A DNA stretch of 64,000 nt, taken from a virus. Taxonomy: Duplodnaviria > Heunggongvirae > Uroviricota > Caudoviricetes. Position 1 is the stretch's first letter, and every line of letters starts with the position of its first letter. Position numbers and translations under genes: made by a program. The stretch spans positions 43,641 to 107,640 of IMG/VR virus record IMGVR_UViG_3300031760_000015; one strand, written 5' to 3'. Below the pieces are notes generated by a model. That model was not told where the DNA came from and ran no database searches. It worked only from the letters and a program-made list of their open reading frames with translations. Of the stretch, positions 8,540-19,300 are shown piece by piece.

Positions 8540-10645
8540 ATGCCTCAAATAGATAATATTGCTAATGAGCCTTGGACTTCATCAATAGTTTTAGACGGAA
8601 GTAATAGTAAAACTATTCTTTATAATACAGCAAATAAATATATGGATAGAGACTTTAAAGTAGAAGTTACTGCAAATGAAGGTTCTGTTAGTCCATATTT
8701 TGATAATACTAATATTAGTACTTATTTTAATAGCGGTTCAGCTGGCTCAAATTCAATTAGTATTACTCCTAAAGCGACTTCTACTGCTGGTTTTGTTGGA
8801 GCATATGATACGAGTAATGCTCTTACTGGAACCGCAGTTTATTATACAATAAAATCTGGTACTTCTAAAGCAGGTAGTGCTGATGTTAATATAGATACTA
8901 CTGATGGAAGTGCTAATGGTGTTAATATTTCTGCTATTGTTGGAACAAAAGTAACTTCTGAACCAACTAGTGGATATTATTTAGCATTTAAAGGTGAAGG
9001 TAATTCTAAAGTTAATGCAGCTGGCTGGTTTGCTGCAGATACTTCTTTAACTAAAACTACAAGCGGGACTAAATATTTCCCTATTACTGCTGCGGCAATT
9101 ACAGCTTCTTCAAGTGATGCCACAGCTACAACTACTGTGGCCCCTGGAACGGTTACTATTGCAAAAGATACTTCAACAGTTTCAGGTAAAACTCGTTTAG
9201 ACTATACTCCAAGTACTGCAACTTCTGGTATTGGAACTTATTATATTGCAGTTAAAGCTAATGCTGCGGCAAATACTACTGGTACAACATCTTCAATTAG
9301 TGGTACAACTACTGCAAGTGTAAGTACCGCAGGTTATGCTCCAACTACACTATCAGGCTCTGGTAGTGTTAGTGGCACTGCTACAGCAAAAACTTCTTCA
9401 AAAGATAGTTCAGTTTATTATATTCCAGTGCCTTCTGCTGTTGCTACAATTACTGGTACAAATACTGTTACTCCATCAGCTTCATTAAGCCAATCTAATG
9501 TTACATTTAGTGATACTAATAATGGTATTTCAGTAACTGCAACTGGCGGTGGTACTGCTTCAGTTACAGCAAAAACAAATGCTACTACAGCTGGTTATAT
9601 TCCTGCCGGTGATAGCTTTAGTACAACTCTTTCTGCTTCTAGTAATACTACAACTGCTACTAAATATATTACAGGTATTACAGTACCAAAAGATAAAGGA
9701 TTTACTGTAACTACAACGGCGGATACAACATTAGATACTACTTCAGATTTAGATGTTACTAATGCTGCTTATCGTAGAGTTGATATTACTAATGCAGCAA
9801 ATGGTAGTGTTATAGTAAGCAATGCTGGTAATATTACTGCTACACAAAGTGCTAAAACTGGTGATATTGTTATTAATGCTTATGATACATCAAGTTCTAG
9901 TAGTTTAGCCGGTGAAAAGGCTATTGTTCAAAGTGGAACTTGGAAAACAACTGCTGCTTCCGGTGCAAGTACTTATTATGGTCGTGTAACAGTTGGCGCA
10001 GTAAGTGGAAGTATTGGTGGTTCTGCTTCAGGTGGTTCAGCAACTGCTACTATTACAAATACCAATAGTATTACAACTATTTCAGATATATCAGGAAAAA
10101 CAGCGGGTACTGATTATTGGCAGATTAAAGCTACTGCAACTGGTTCTGCTGGCTCTTATACTCCTAAATATACAGTCAATACCGCTGGTTGGATAGGTTC
10201 TACGGTTACTGGAACCGCACAAACTGTTTCTGTTTCCAGTGATAGTACGGGTAAATCATTATATATTCCAAAAGCTACGTTTAGTGTTTCTGGTAATAAA
10301 GTTTATTGTTCTGCGGCAGGCTATATCCCAGCTGGTAGTGCAAGTAGTCCTATTGGAACTGTTTCAACAGGTTCTATTTCTGCTGTTGCTAGCGATCCTG
10401 GAACTGGATATACTGAAAATACTTCTACTGTTATTGCTTCTGGTGGGTGGTTAAAATTAACTGCTGGTTATTATGGAGCAACTAAAATTAGTCTTGCTAC
10501 ATTAGTTCCTAATGCTGCTAATATCAGTAATGTTAGTGGTTATTCTGATGCAATGCTTGCTGGAACTACTGCTTATGATATTGATGGCGCTTTAATAACT
10601 GGTAATATTGCAACTTATGATGGTAGTTATACTGTTGTAACTTAA
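8540..10645 (+). CDS. tail fibre-like protein
   Basis: S/T/G-rich; C-terminal AYDIDGALITGNIATYDGSYT matches upstream gene; RBS GGTGAG. Confidence 0.55.
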   Translation: MPQIDNIANEPWTSSIVLDGSNSKTILYNTANKYMDRDFKVEVTANEGSVSPYFDNTNISTYFNSGSAGSNSISITPKATSTAGFVGAYDTSNALTGTAVYYTIKSGTSKAGSADVNIDTTDGSANGVNISAIVGTKVTSEPTSGYYLAFKGEGNSKVNAAGWFAADTSLTKTTSGTKYFPITAAAITASSSDATATTTVAPGTVTIAKDTSTVSGKTRLDYTPSTATSGIGTYYIAVKANAAANTTGTTSSISGTTTASVSTAGYAPTTLSGSGSVSGTATAKTSSKDSSVYYIPVPSAVATITGTNTVTPSASLSQSNVTFSDTNNGISVTATGGGTASVTAKTNATTAGYIPAGDSFSTTLSASSNTTTATKYITGITVPKDKGFTVTTTADTTLDTTSDLDVTNAAYRRVDITNAANGSVIVSNAGNITATQSAKTGDIVINAYDTSSSSSLAGEKAIVQSGTWKTTAASGASTYYGRVTVGAVSGSIGGSASGGSATATITNTNSITTISDISGKTAGTDYWQIKATATGSAGSYTPKYTVNTAGWIGSTVTGTAQTVSVSSDSTGKSLYIPKATFSVSGNKVYCSAAGYIPAGSASSPIGTVSTGSISAVASDPGTGYTENTSTVIASGGWLKLTAGYYGATKISLATLVPNAANISNVSGYSDAMLAGTTAYDIDGALITGNIATYDGSYTVVT

Positions 10646-10719
10646 TATTTGACTTAAAAAAGAAAATATGTTAAACTAATTATAGGATTAGTATTAACTT
10701 AAAAGGGGTGAGTTTAAAT

Positions 10720-11682
10720 ATGAGTTCAACAGATTTTTATCTTGAAGAAGGAACTACTTATCTTGAAGATGAAATTTTAATAGAACAGCCATCAACACAA
10801 GTTGTTTTACATACAGAAGAAAAATATATTAATAATGATATTTCTTTAAATTTAAATGTAAAATCAGGAAGCGCAACAACTCCTACTACAACAATTACTT
10901 CAAATCCAACTATTGCAGTTGATAGTAATGGATTAATTACTGCTTCATATAATAGTAGTAAAAATATTACTCCTACTGTTAGTGCCGGATGGGTTTCATC
11001 TGGCACTGCAGGAACTGTTAGTACAAGTGGTAGTAATACAAAGCAATTAACCACTAAAGCGGCTGCAACTTATAATACTTCTACTAGTGATCAAACTATT
11101 GCAAGCGGTACCTATCTTACTGGAACACAAACTATTCGTAAAATAACTACAAGTGGTATTAGTGCCGCAAATATTAAAAGTGGTACAACTATTAAAGTTG
11201 GAGATGCAGGAGATGATGATAGAATAGCTGGCGTAACAGGTACTTTTACAAGTTCATCAACTGTATCTTCTGGCCAAACAGCTGCTGCAGCCGCACAAAT
11301 TCGTTCAGGTTATTCTGCTTGGGTTAATGGTACTGAAATTAAAGGTTCTATTGCAAATGGAACAATTACAAATAATACTTCTGGTGGAACTTCTTCTGGC
11401 ACAATTAATCGTGGTAGTCAAATTAAAATTGGCGCTGGATATTATGCAAGTGACACCTATTATACTGCTCAATCTAATAGTGGAACTCTAACTATTGATA
11501 CTTCTAAAAATAAAGGTACAATTAGTGTCAATGGATATGCTAATGTTAATATAACTGGTATTAATATTCCTAAACCATCAAGTGGAACAAATACTTTTCA
11601 AATTAAAGTACCTAATGGTGAAAATGATACAATTACTTTTACTTTTACTGTTGATAGTGATGGTAATACAACAATAAATTAA
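10720..11682 (+). CDS. tail fibre-like protein
   Basis: S/T/G-rich beta-rich protein in fibre array. Confidence 0.5.
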   Translation: MSSTDFYLEEGTTYLEDEILIEQPSTQVVLHTEEKYINNDISLNLNVKSGSATTPTTTITSNPTIAVDSNGLITASYNSSKNITPTVSAGWVSSGTAGTVSTSGSNTKQLTTKAAATYNTSTSDQTIASGTYLTGTQTIRKITTSGISAANIKSGTTIKVGDAGDDDRIAGVTGTFTSSSTVSSGQTAAAAAQIRSGYSAWVNGTEIKGSIANGTITNNTSGGTSSGTINRGSQIKIGAGYYASDTYYTAQSNSGTLTIDTSKNKGTISVNGYANVNITGINIPKPSSGTNTFQIKVPNGENDTITFTFTVDSDGNTTIN

Positions 11683-11696
11683 AGAGGTGATTTGTT

Positions 11697-14000
11697 TTGG
11701 CTAATATGACTTTTGGAGTAAACATAATACCTAAAGATAATACAGTTTCTTTAGGTACTAGTCAAAATAAATGGAAAATAAATGGGGTTGACAATCCTAA
11801 ATTAACGGATACTACATATTCTAATGCTACAACAAGTGCCGCTGGATTAATGAGCGCAGCTGATAAAACTAAAATAAATGATATGGGTATGATTTCATAT
11901 GGAACATGTTCTACAAGTGCTAGTGCTCAAGTTAAAGTAGTGACTATTTCCAACGATAATTGGCAGCTAAAAATTGGAAGTATTATTGGAGTTAAATATA
12001 GTAACACTAATACGTATAATGCAACTACATCTGATCCTGTAAAATTAAATGTTAATGGCACTGGAGAAAAACAAATCTACTATAATAGTTCAGCAACACC
12101 CACAGGTACTAATACAACGGCATTTGGCTATGCTAATCAATATCGGTATTATATGTATGACGGAACGTATTGGGTTTTTATGGGTCTTTCGTATCATGAT
12201 AACACTTTCCCTAGTGCATACTGTTCAACTAGCAGCGGGACAGCAGCTAAAACAGCGAGTTGTAGCGGGTATTCGCTATTAACAAAATCATATTTACATA
12301 TTGTCGTCACAAATGCAAATACTTCTGCAAGTGCTCTTACACTAAATGTCAATGGTAAAGGCGCAAAGTACATTTACATTAATGGTGTTAGATCCAGCTC
12401 ATCAAATTATACATTACCTGCTGGTAGCTATATTATATATTATGACGGAACTAGTTACTATTTCCGCACAGATGGAAAACTAACTGCCGATATTACTGGC
12501 ACAGCATCTAATGTTACTGGTACGATAGATATTGAGCATGGTGGCACAGGCGCAACAACTGCGCCAGATGCGCGGGCAAGTCTCGAAATCACTCCAACAA
12601 ATATTGGCGCGGTATCTAAATCAGGTGGCATAATGGAAGGAAATTTAGCTATTGAAAAGAAAGGTTCAGATTCTTCTATTACATTTAAATCTTCTCCGTC
12701 ATCTGACTTTCCAGTAATGTCTTCTTTAGAAATAGGTAATTTTTCTGGCCCTGATAGCACTAGAAGACAAGGACTTTATTCCTATAGTTATTTTCCAGAT
12801 GATACAAGTATGCATACAGATGCGAAATGGTTAATTTATCGAGATACTAATGGAGATGTAGTTGTAAATGGTTCGGCTATAGATAACGTAGCTAAATCTG
12901 GTGATACAATGACAGGTGATTTAAATGTAACTCGTCAAGGTAGCGCCACGATTACAGTAAACGATACTATACGAGGACATTCAATTCAATTAAGAAGTTT
13001 GAATAATGGATTGCAAGGTCTTTGGACACCAGGTTATTATAATGGTTCTTCTTTGGTAACAAATAGCGAAAAATGGCTTATTTATAGAAATACAGATGGA
13101 GATGTAGTTGTTGATAATACGCCTGTAAAAAATATTTTAACAAAAACAGGCGACACAATGACAGGGAATTTAACAATAGAAAAAAATGTTGATCCAGAAA
13201 TTACGTTAAAAACTAAACCAAGCAATGCGTCTCAAGATTATGCTTTATTGCAGTTAGGTAACTGGACTAATACTGGGCATCAAGGACTTTATTCTTATGG
13301 GTACTATGATCAGAATCAAATCTATCACAACGACCCATCTTGGTTAATTTATAGGAACGGTTCTGATGGAAAAGTGCATGTTAATGGTACAGCTTCAGAT
13401 AATGTAGCAAAATCTGGCGATACAATGACAGGGAATTTAGTTTTTGAAAGAAGCGCCGATTCAGGAATAACATTAAAGTCTAAACCAGGTAGTAGTTATT
13501 CGAATTATGCGACGCTACAATTAGGTAATTGGAGTTACGAAAGCAGCACTAAAGATCAAGGTCTTTATTCTACTAGTTATTATGACAATAATAATAATTA
13601 TCACGGCGAAACTACTGATAGAACTTGGTTAATTTATAGAAGCAGTACTGATGGAAAAGTATACGTGGAAAACCACTATAACAAGAGTGAAATTGATAAT
13701 AAATTCACAGATAGATTATCGAATTTTAAATTAATTAAAGTTCAACAGACTGTTACTATAACTGCAGGTAGTAGTGGCAATCCAGCTCAAACAACAATTA
13801 CTATAAATAATATACCGTCCGGCAAGAATATTTATGAAGTCGTGAGTATGTGGTTAGGTGGATATAGAATCCCATATATAACAAATAGTGGGGTTGTTCA
13901 TACATGGATTTCTGGAATAAATGGAAGTACTATTACGTTTAGTAATTTAGCAAATGCGTGGTCAAATTACGACCTTTCTGCAGTATTATTAATTTATTAA
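11697..14000 (+). CDS. tail fibre protein with about 4 tandem phage-fibre repeats
   Basis: repeated about 80-aa units: AKSGDTMTGNL...LQLGNW...QGLYS..YY...WLIYR..DGKV.VNG. Confidence 0.6.
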   Translation: MANMTFGVNIIPKDNTVSLGTSQNKWKINGVDNPKLTDTTYSNATTSAAGLMSAADKTKINDMGMISYGTCSTSASAQVKVVTISNDNWQLKIGSIIGVKYSNTNTYNATTSDPVKLNVNGTGEKQIYYNSSATPTGTNTTAFGYANQYRYYMYDGTYWVFMGLSYHDNTFPSAYCSTSSGTAAKTASCSGYSLLTKSYLHIVVTNANTSASALTLNVNGKGAKYIYINGVRSSSSNYTLPAGSYIIYYDGTSYYFRTDGKLTADITGTASNVTGTIDIEHGGTGATTAPDARASLEITPTNIGAVSKSGGIMEGNLAIEKKGSDSSITFKSSPSSDFPVMSSLEIGNFSGPDSTRRQGLYSYSYFPDDTSMHTDAKWLIYRDTNGDVVVNGSAIDNVAKSGDTMTGDLNVTRQGSATITVNDTIRGHSIQLRSLNNGLQGLWTPGYYNGSSLVTNSEKWLIYRNTDGDVVVDNTPVKNILTKTGDTMTGNLTIEKNVDPEITLKTKPSNASQDYALLQLGNWTNTGHQGLYSYGYYDQNQIYHNDPSWLIYRNGSDGKVHVNGTASDNVAKSGDTMTGNLVFERSADSGITLKSKPGSSYSNYATLQLGNWSYESSTKDQGLYSTSYYDNNNNYHGETTDRTWLIYRSSTDGKVYVENHYNKSEIDNKFTDRLSNFKLIKVQQTVTITAGSSGNPAQTTITINNIPSGKNIYEVVSMWLGGYRIPYITNSGVVHTWISGINGSTITFSNLANAWSNYDLSAVLLIY

Positions 14001-14022
14001 TATGTAAAAGGAGGAGACAAAT

Positions 14023-14265
14023 ATGTCTAGACTATTTACTACAATTGAAAATCAAGTTAGGAATGATGGTAGCAAAGGATTATTATACGATCATTTTGAT
14101 AATGAAAATCAGGCTTTAGCAAAATTTTATACTATTTGTGCTGCTGCGGCAATTAGCGAAATTCCTTATCATGCAGCATTTCTTCTTTATGAAGATGGTA
14201 GTATAATGCAACGAATTTTTGATAGACGCACAGAAGAACAAAATAATGAAGAATCACCAGAATAA
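14023..14265 (+). CDS. hypothetical protein
   Basis: ORF track. Confidence 0.4.
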   Translation: MSRLFTTIENQVRNDGSKGLLYDHFDNENQALAKFYTICAAAAISEIPYHAAFLLYEDGSIMQRIFDRRTEEQNNEESPE

Positions 14266-14293
14266 TCATAAGTAACTAAAAGGAGTGAGCTTT

Positions 14294-14674
14294 ATGTCTG
14301 AAAGAGCAAAAACAAGAGACTTACTTCTTGAATACAACAAAACAATTATACCTCCTAAACCTCGTGCTGCAGGTTTAGGAAGTATATATCCTTGGGAAAA
14401 TTTAACTTTATCAATTTTTTCTAAACAATTATTCACTCTTGCAGAAAATAGTGGATTTAATGGAACAGAAACAGATTTTTTCCAAAAATTTGGTTCTTTC
14501 CTATCAAATAAAAATATTACTTTTATGAATTTTATTGATTTCCCAGATGAAGGAGAAATTAATAAATTATATTTTGCTTTAGACGAAAAAATTTTGTATT
14601 ATTGGGATGATGAATATATTCCAGTTAATGCAATGCTTATTGCTAATACTACAATAAATGGAGGCGAAGCATAA
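14294..14674 (+). CDS. hypothetical protein (possible fibre assembly factor)
   Basis: ORF track; start moved to ATG 14294 behind AAAAGGAGTGA. Confidence 0.45.
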   Translation: MSERAKTRDLLLEYNKTIIPPKPRAAGLGSIYPWENLTLSIFSKQLFTLAENSGFNGTETDFFQKFGSFLSNKNITFMNFIDFPDEGEINKLYFALDEKILYYWDDEYIPVNAMLIANTTINGGEA

Positions 14675-15612
14675 TGGCAATAAATAGTGTAAGAGCAACT
14701 CTTATCCTCCGTAATGATTTAGCAGAAACTTGGGCTTCTAAAAATCCTATTTTAGCAAAAGGCGAAATTGGTGCTGAAATTGATACCGGTTTATTAAAAA
14801 TAGGCGATGGCTCTACCGCTTTTAATAATTTAAATTATATAAATCATGGAAAAGACGGCGATGGGGCTTTAATTACTACAGTTAATAATACTTTAACTAT
14901 TGCCAATTATGGAAGAAGTTATTGGATTTACGATACTGAAACAATGAGAGATATAGAAATTCAAGAAACTGATTTATCTAAATGGCCACAAACTTTAGAA
15001 TTAGAGATTAAAAATGGAGTTGCTCGTTGGGTAGTTCCTAAAATTAACTACAATAGAACACAAGGAAAGTTAGATGGAGCATTAGTCACCCTTGCGCGAG
15101 ACCCTATGTATTCAACAGAAGCAGCTACTAAAAATTATGTTGATACAGCCATTGCTAATGCTATTATTAACGCACCACATTTAAAAAGAGAAATTGTTAC
15201 TGAATTACCTCAAAATTATTTAGATCCTAATACAATTTATATGATTAAAGATGATTCAGTTAGTGATGGAGATAAATATAAAGAGTATTTAGTAATTAAT
15301 AATGAATTAGTACAAATCGGAGATACTTCTGTTGATTTAAGTAACTATATAGAAAAAGTATCAAATGCTACCGCGGGGAATATTCCTGTTTTAGCTGCAG
15401 ACGGTACTTTAATAGATAGTGGTATTGCTGCAAGTACGATACATAATATTCCAATAGCAACTTCAACTATTCTTGGAGGAGTTTATTCTTCTAATTTAGA
15501 TAACCATGTTTCAGTTACTAATCTTGGTTATTTACAAATTAATAGAGTTGCTACTGATAAATTATATGTTCCAACTGGAAGTGAATTTATATTAAATGGC
15601 GGTGGAGCATAA
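14674..15612 (+). CDS. tail fibre protein (conserved prophage tail-fibre N-terminal domain)
   Basis: N-terminus RATLILRNDLAETWASKNPILAKGEIGAEIDTGLLKIGDGSTAFNNL matches the classic phage fibre / hyaluronidase-type N-terminal motif. Confidence 0.6.
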   Translation: MAINSVRATLILRNDLAETWASKNPILAKGEIGAEIDTGLLKIGDGSTAFNNLNYINHGKDGDGALITTVNNTLTIANYGRSYWIYDTETMRDIEIQETDLSKWPQTLELEIKNGVARWVVPKINYNRTQGKLDGALVTLARDPMYSTEAATKNYVDTAIANAIINAPHLKREIVTELPQNYLDPNTIYMIKDDSVSDGDKYKEYLVINNELVQIGDTSVDLSNYIEKVSNATAGNIPVLAADGTLIDSGIAASTIHNIPIATSTILGGVYSSNLDNHVSVTNLGYLQINRVATDKLYVPTGSEFILNGGGA

Positions 15613-15626
15613 AGGAGGTGGGATAA

Positions 15627-16970
15627 ATGGCTTCTAATATTTTAAAGACAAGAATACAATCAAAATATGACACTTTAACCGCATGGAATAGTAGTACTTT
15701 TATTCCCCTTTCTGGTGAAATATGCGTAGCTATTATTCCTAATGGTCAATCTTCCCCTCGTGATATGGATGTAGGGAGTCCTGATTCTTCGGGCTTATCT
15801 CCTTATGCTATTGGAATTAAAGTTGGTGATAATATTCATAGGTTTTCTGAATTACCTTGGATACAAGCTATAGCTGGGGATGTCTATGGATGGGCAAAAG
15901 CTTCTACACCACCTTCTGCAAGTAATATTTCTGTTACTTATAATAATAATAATAATTCTGATGTACAAACAGCAATTTCTGGTATTGAATCTTCATTAGG
16001 AAGTATTGTTGCTAATGGCGTTGATCCTGCTACATTAGGTAGTGCTTTAGCTCAATTACAAGAACAATTAAGCGGAATTGAATCTGATGTTTTTATTTCT
16101 AATCCATTATCTGAACCAGAAGATCCAAATGAAGAACCAACGCCTACTTATCCTACTAGAATTATTAGAAATATTACTCAAAATGGTTTAACTATTACAG
16201 CTACTGGCTCTGCTATTGAAGTTGCTGATTTGCCAGATATTCCATTATCTAAAATTAGTAATTTAGCTTTCCCAAGCGGTCAAATTTATAATCAAACTTC
16301 TAATCCTATCGCTACAAAAGGTTACGTAGATAATCTAACTACTGAATTAAGTAATAAAATTACTGGAGCTATGCATTTTAAAGGAGAAGTTCAAACTTTA
16401 CCCGATGCTACGGATAATGGAACTTTTTCAACTTATATTTCTGGTGATGTAATTTTAGTAGGAACTAAAGAATATGTTTATAATAAGGGTATAAATGAAA
16501 ATACTTCTGAATGGATATTACTTGGAGATGAAGGTAGCTATGCTGTTAAAGGCAGTATAACTAAAGCAGATTTAACACAAGCGTTACAAACTGAAATTGA
16601 AGGAAAGTTAGACTCTGCTACCGCGGCAAATACTTATGTTGCTCAAAATGGTACAGATAGGTTAATGACCGCGGCAGAAGGCACTAAATTAGCCGCAATT
16701 GCTGAAGGGGCTCAAGCTAATGTAATTGAAAACGTTAAAGTTAATGGAACTGCACTTACTATTACTAACAAAGCAGTTGATGTTGATATTCCAATTATGA
16801 GTATTAAAAGTAATGAAACTTCTGGAGTAGTTACTAAAACACCCGACGCTAATCGTGCGATAACTTTTGACCCAATTGCTTTTAACGGAGAAGTAAAGCA
16901 TTTGAAACAAACTGATACTACTTATTTAGTTTTAGATTGTGGTAATGCTACAGATAAATTATACTCCTAA
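15627..16970 (+). CDS. tail fibre protein
   Basis: N-terminus ILKTRIQSKYDTLTAWNSS...SGEICVAI same motif; RBS AGGAGGTG. Confidence 0.6.
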   Translation: MASNILKTRIQSKYDTLTAWNSSTFIPLSGEICVAIIPNGQSSPRDMDVGSPDSSGLSPYAIGIKVGDNIHRFSELPWIQAIAGDVYGWAKASTPPSASNISVTYNNNNNSDVQTAISGIESSLGSIVANGVDPATLGSALAQLQEQLSGIESDVFISNPLSEPEDPNEEPTPTYPTRIIRNITQNGLTITATGSAIEVADLPDIPLSKISNLAFPSGQIYNQTSNPIATKGYVDNLTTELSNKITGAMHFKGEVQTLPDATDNGTFSTYISGDVILVGTKEYVYNKGINENTSEWILLGDEGSYAVKGSITKADLTQALQTEIEGKLDSATAANTYVAQNGTDRLMTAAEGTKLAAIAEGAQANVIENVKVNGTALTITNKAVDVDIPIMSIKSNETSGVVTKTPDANRAITFDPIAFNGEVKHLKQTDTTYLVLDCGNATDKLYS

Positions 16971-16990
16971 TTTAATGGAGGTAATAAATT

Positions 16991-17122
16991 ATGGAAGAAG
17001 TTTTAATTTATGAGCAAGAATGTGATATTCCCGAAGATTGGGAATCTAATACAATTTTAATTAAAGATGGTAAAGGCAACATTATAGAGCGTGAAATTCC
17101 TGACGATATAGAGGAGGAATGA
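16991..17122 (+). CDS. small acidic hypothetical protein (43 aa)
   Basis: RBS GGAGG 8 nt upstream; below track cutoff. Confidence 0.35.
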   Translation: MEEVLIYEQECDIPEDWESNTILIKDGKGNIIEREIPDDIEEE

Positions 17123-18774
17123 TTATGCTAAAAACTCTTCAAGTTAAAGATACTGATAAGCTAGTTGCCGTAGCCCAGTATTTAACTAAATATGCAAAAA
17201 TTTTAAAGGCGTCTGAAACTTTTGACGACGCCTTTAAAACTTTTATTATAAAATGGCAAAAAGAGCATAATTTAACTGCCAATGGAATTATTAATGATGA
17301 CGATTGGATTGCAATGGGGAAAGAATTACCAACTTGTTCTACCAGTAAGAATAAGAAAAGTGTTTATACTTGCGCAATTCAAATTCTAATTGGCGGATTA
17401 GATATAGATGGTGATTATGGCTCTAAAACTAAAAAAGCAGTTGCAGCTTTTCAAAGCGCTTGTGGTTTAAGTGTAGATGGTATTTGCGGGCCAAAGACTT
17501 GGGCCGCACTTATTGTTGGTAAAACTACAACTACATCAACAGATAAAGTTTTAAATGAGTGTGTTAAATATTTACAGGGCGATAAAAAATGGAAAAATAT
17601 TAAATACAGCACACATACTTCATCTCAAACTATTGGTAATAGTGGATGCGGTACTACTTCAATGGCAATGATACTCGCTACTTGGGAAGATTCTAAAATT
17701 ACTCCTGTTGAAACTAGTAAATGGGCTGTAGATAATGGCTATAGAACATATAATAATGGAACTGATTGGGACTTTTATAAATGGATTTTTAAAAAGTTTG
17801 ATTGTTTTGAAAAGTATATAGAAACATCAAGTATTACTACTCTTGAAGCAGCACTTCGTGAAGGCGCACTTGCCGTTTGTAGTATGAATTCAAATGATAA
17901 TAAATTTTGGACTTCTCAAGGTCATTTTATTGTTGCTCGTGGAGTAGATAATACATATTTTTATGCTAATGACCCTAATAATAATACCACACCAAGACAG
18001 CAAGAAAAAACTAAATTTAAAAAATGTTTGAAACAAGCATTTATTTTTTGGCCTTTACAAAAAATAATTCCTCCAAAAGATGAAATAGAAGTTAAAATAG
18101 AAGATTCAACTGATATTATTGAAATTCCAGATAAAGAAATTATCATTGATTCGTTTATTGAAAATTATAATTTAAATGGAAAAATAATTGATATTTCTAA
18201 ATGGCAAGGGAAAATTGATTTTAATAAATTAAAAGATGAAGTTTCTCTTGTTATTACTCGTGCATCTTGCGGTTCTGACAAAGATATTAAATTAGATGAA
18301 TATGCTAATGAAATGATTAAATATAATATTCCTTTTGGGGTTTATTGTTATTCTTATGCAAGTACTGCAGAAAAAGCTAAAGATGAAGTAAGAAAAATGA
18401 TTGAATATTCTTCTAAATATAATCCATTATTTTATGTAATGGATGCAGAAGAAGCAAAAATAACCAATTTAGCTATTAAAACTTTTGCAGAAGAACTTCG
18501 CGCGCAGAATATTAAAAAAATTGGTTGTTATATAGCACATAATCATTATAATGATTATAATTATTCATCTATCAGTAATTTATTTGACTTTACGTGGATT
18601 CCGCGGTATAATAAAAATGATGGTACTATAGAAGGTAGTAAAAAACCAGCTTTCGAATGTGATTTATGGCAATATACTAGCACAGGGAAAATTGCTGGCA
18701 TAAAAGGTAATGTTGATATGAACATTATTATAAGTAAAGATAAAGATATAAAATGGTTCTTAATGAACAAATAA
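17119..18774 (+). CDS. peptidoglycan hydrolase embedded in fibre cluster (PG-binding repeats + C39-like cysteine peptidase + GH25 muramidase)
   Basis: PG_binding_1-like GICGPKTWAAL; peptidase C39-like GNSGCGTTSMAMIL...GHFIVARG; GH25 IIDISKWQG...LWQYTSTGKIAGIKGNVDMN. Confidence 0.65.
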   Translation: MIMLKTLQVKDTDKLVAVAQYLTKYAKILKASETFDDAFKTFIIKWQKEHNLTANGIINDDDWIAMGKELPTCSTSKNKKSVYTCAIQILIGGLDIDGDYGSKTKKAVAAFQSACGLSVDGICGPKTWAALIVGKTTTTSTDKVLNECVKYLQGDKKWKNIKYSTHTSSQTIGNSGCGTTSMAMILATWEDSKITPVETSKWAVDNGYRTYNNGTDWDFYKWIFKKFDCFEKYIETSSITTLEAALREGALAVCSMNSNDNKFWTSQGHFIVARGVDNTYFYANDPNNNTTPRQQEKTKFKKCLKQAFIFWPLQKIIPPKDEIEVKIEDSTDIIEIPDKEIIIDSFIENYNLNGKIIDISKWQGKIDFNKLKDEVSLVITRASCGSDKDIKLDEYANEMIKYNIPFGVYCYSYASTAEKAKDEVRKMIEYSSKYNPLFYVMDAEEAKITNLAIKTFAEELRAQNIKKIGCYIAHNHYNDYNYSSISNLFDFTWIPRYNKNDGTIEGSKKPAFECDLWQYTSTGKIAGIKGNVDMNIIISKDKDIKWFLMNK

Positions 18775-18805
18775 TTGGCTGAAATGATGCCAAGTAGGTG
18801 AGTTT

Positions 18806-19285
18806 ATGGCGAGCAATACCATAAAAACGAGAATTCAGTTGAAAAATGATACTGAAGCGCATTGGGATTTAGCGAAAAACTTTATCCCAAAACAGGGTGA
18901 GGTCATCATTTATTCAACTGATGACTCTCACCCTTTTTCTCGTTTAAAGGTGGGAGATGGAAATACATCAGTAATTAATTTACCATTTATTGGCTCTCAT
19001 AATATTAATAATGTAATTTTAGAAGAAACTTACAATGATCTTCCTTCTATTGGTAATTCAAATATGTTATACGTTGTAATTGATACTTTAACAGTTTATC
19101 AATGGAGTCAAGGAAATTTTGTAAAATTATACGGTTTTCAAAAACAACAAATAACAAGTGTTTCTAATTGGGATGCAGGTACAATGACTGAATTATCAGT
19201 AGATAATGGAATATTAAATGTTAATAATGGAACTGCTCCTACATTAAATACTTCTAATATAAATGTTATTACTGATTTTTCTTAA
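18806..19285 (+). CDS. tail fibre N-terminal-domain protein
   Basis: IKTRIQLKNDTEAHW...IPKQGEVIIY...LKVGDG motif. Confidence 0.55.
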   Translation: MASNTIKTRIQLKNDTEAHWDLAKNFIPKQGEVIIYSTDDSHPFSRLKVGDGNTSVINLPFIGSHNINNVILEETYNDLPSIGNSNMLYVVIDTLTVYQWSQGNFVKLYGFQKQQITSVSNWDAGTMTELSVDNGILNVNNGTAPTLNTSNINVITDFS

Positions 19286-19300
19286 TAGGAGGAAATTAAT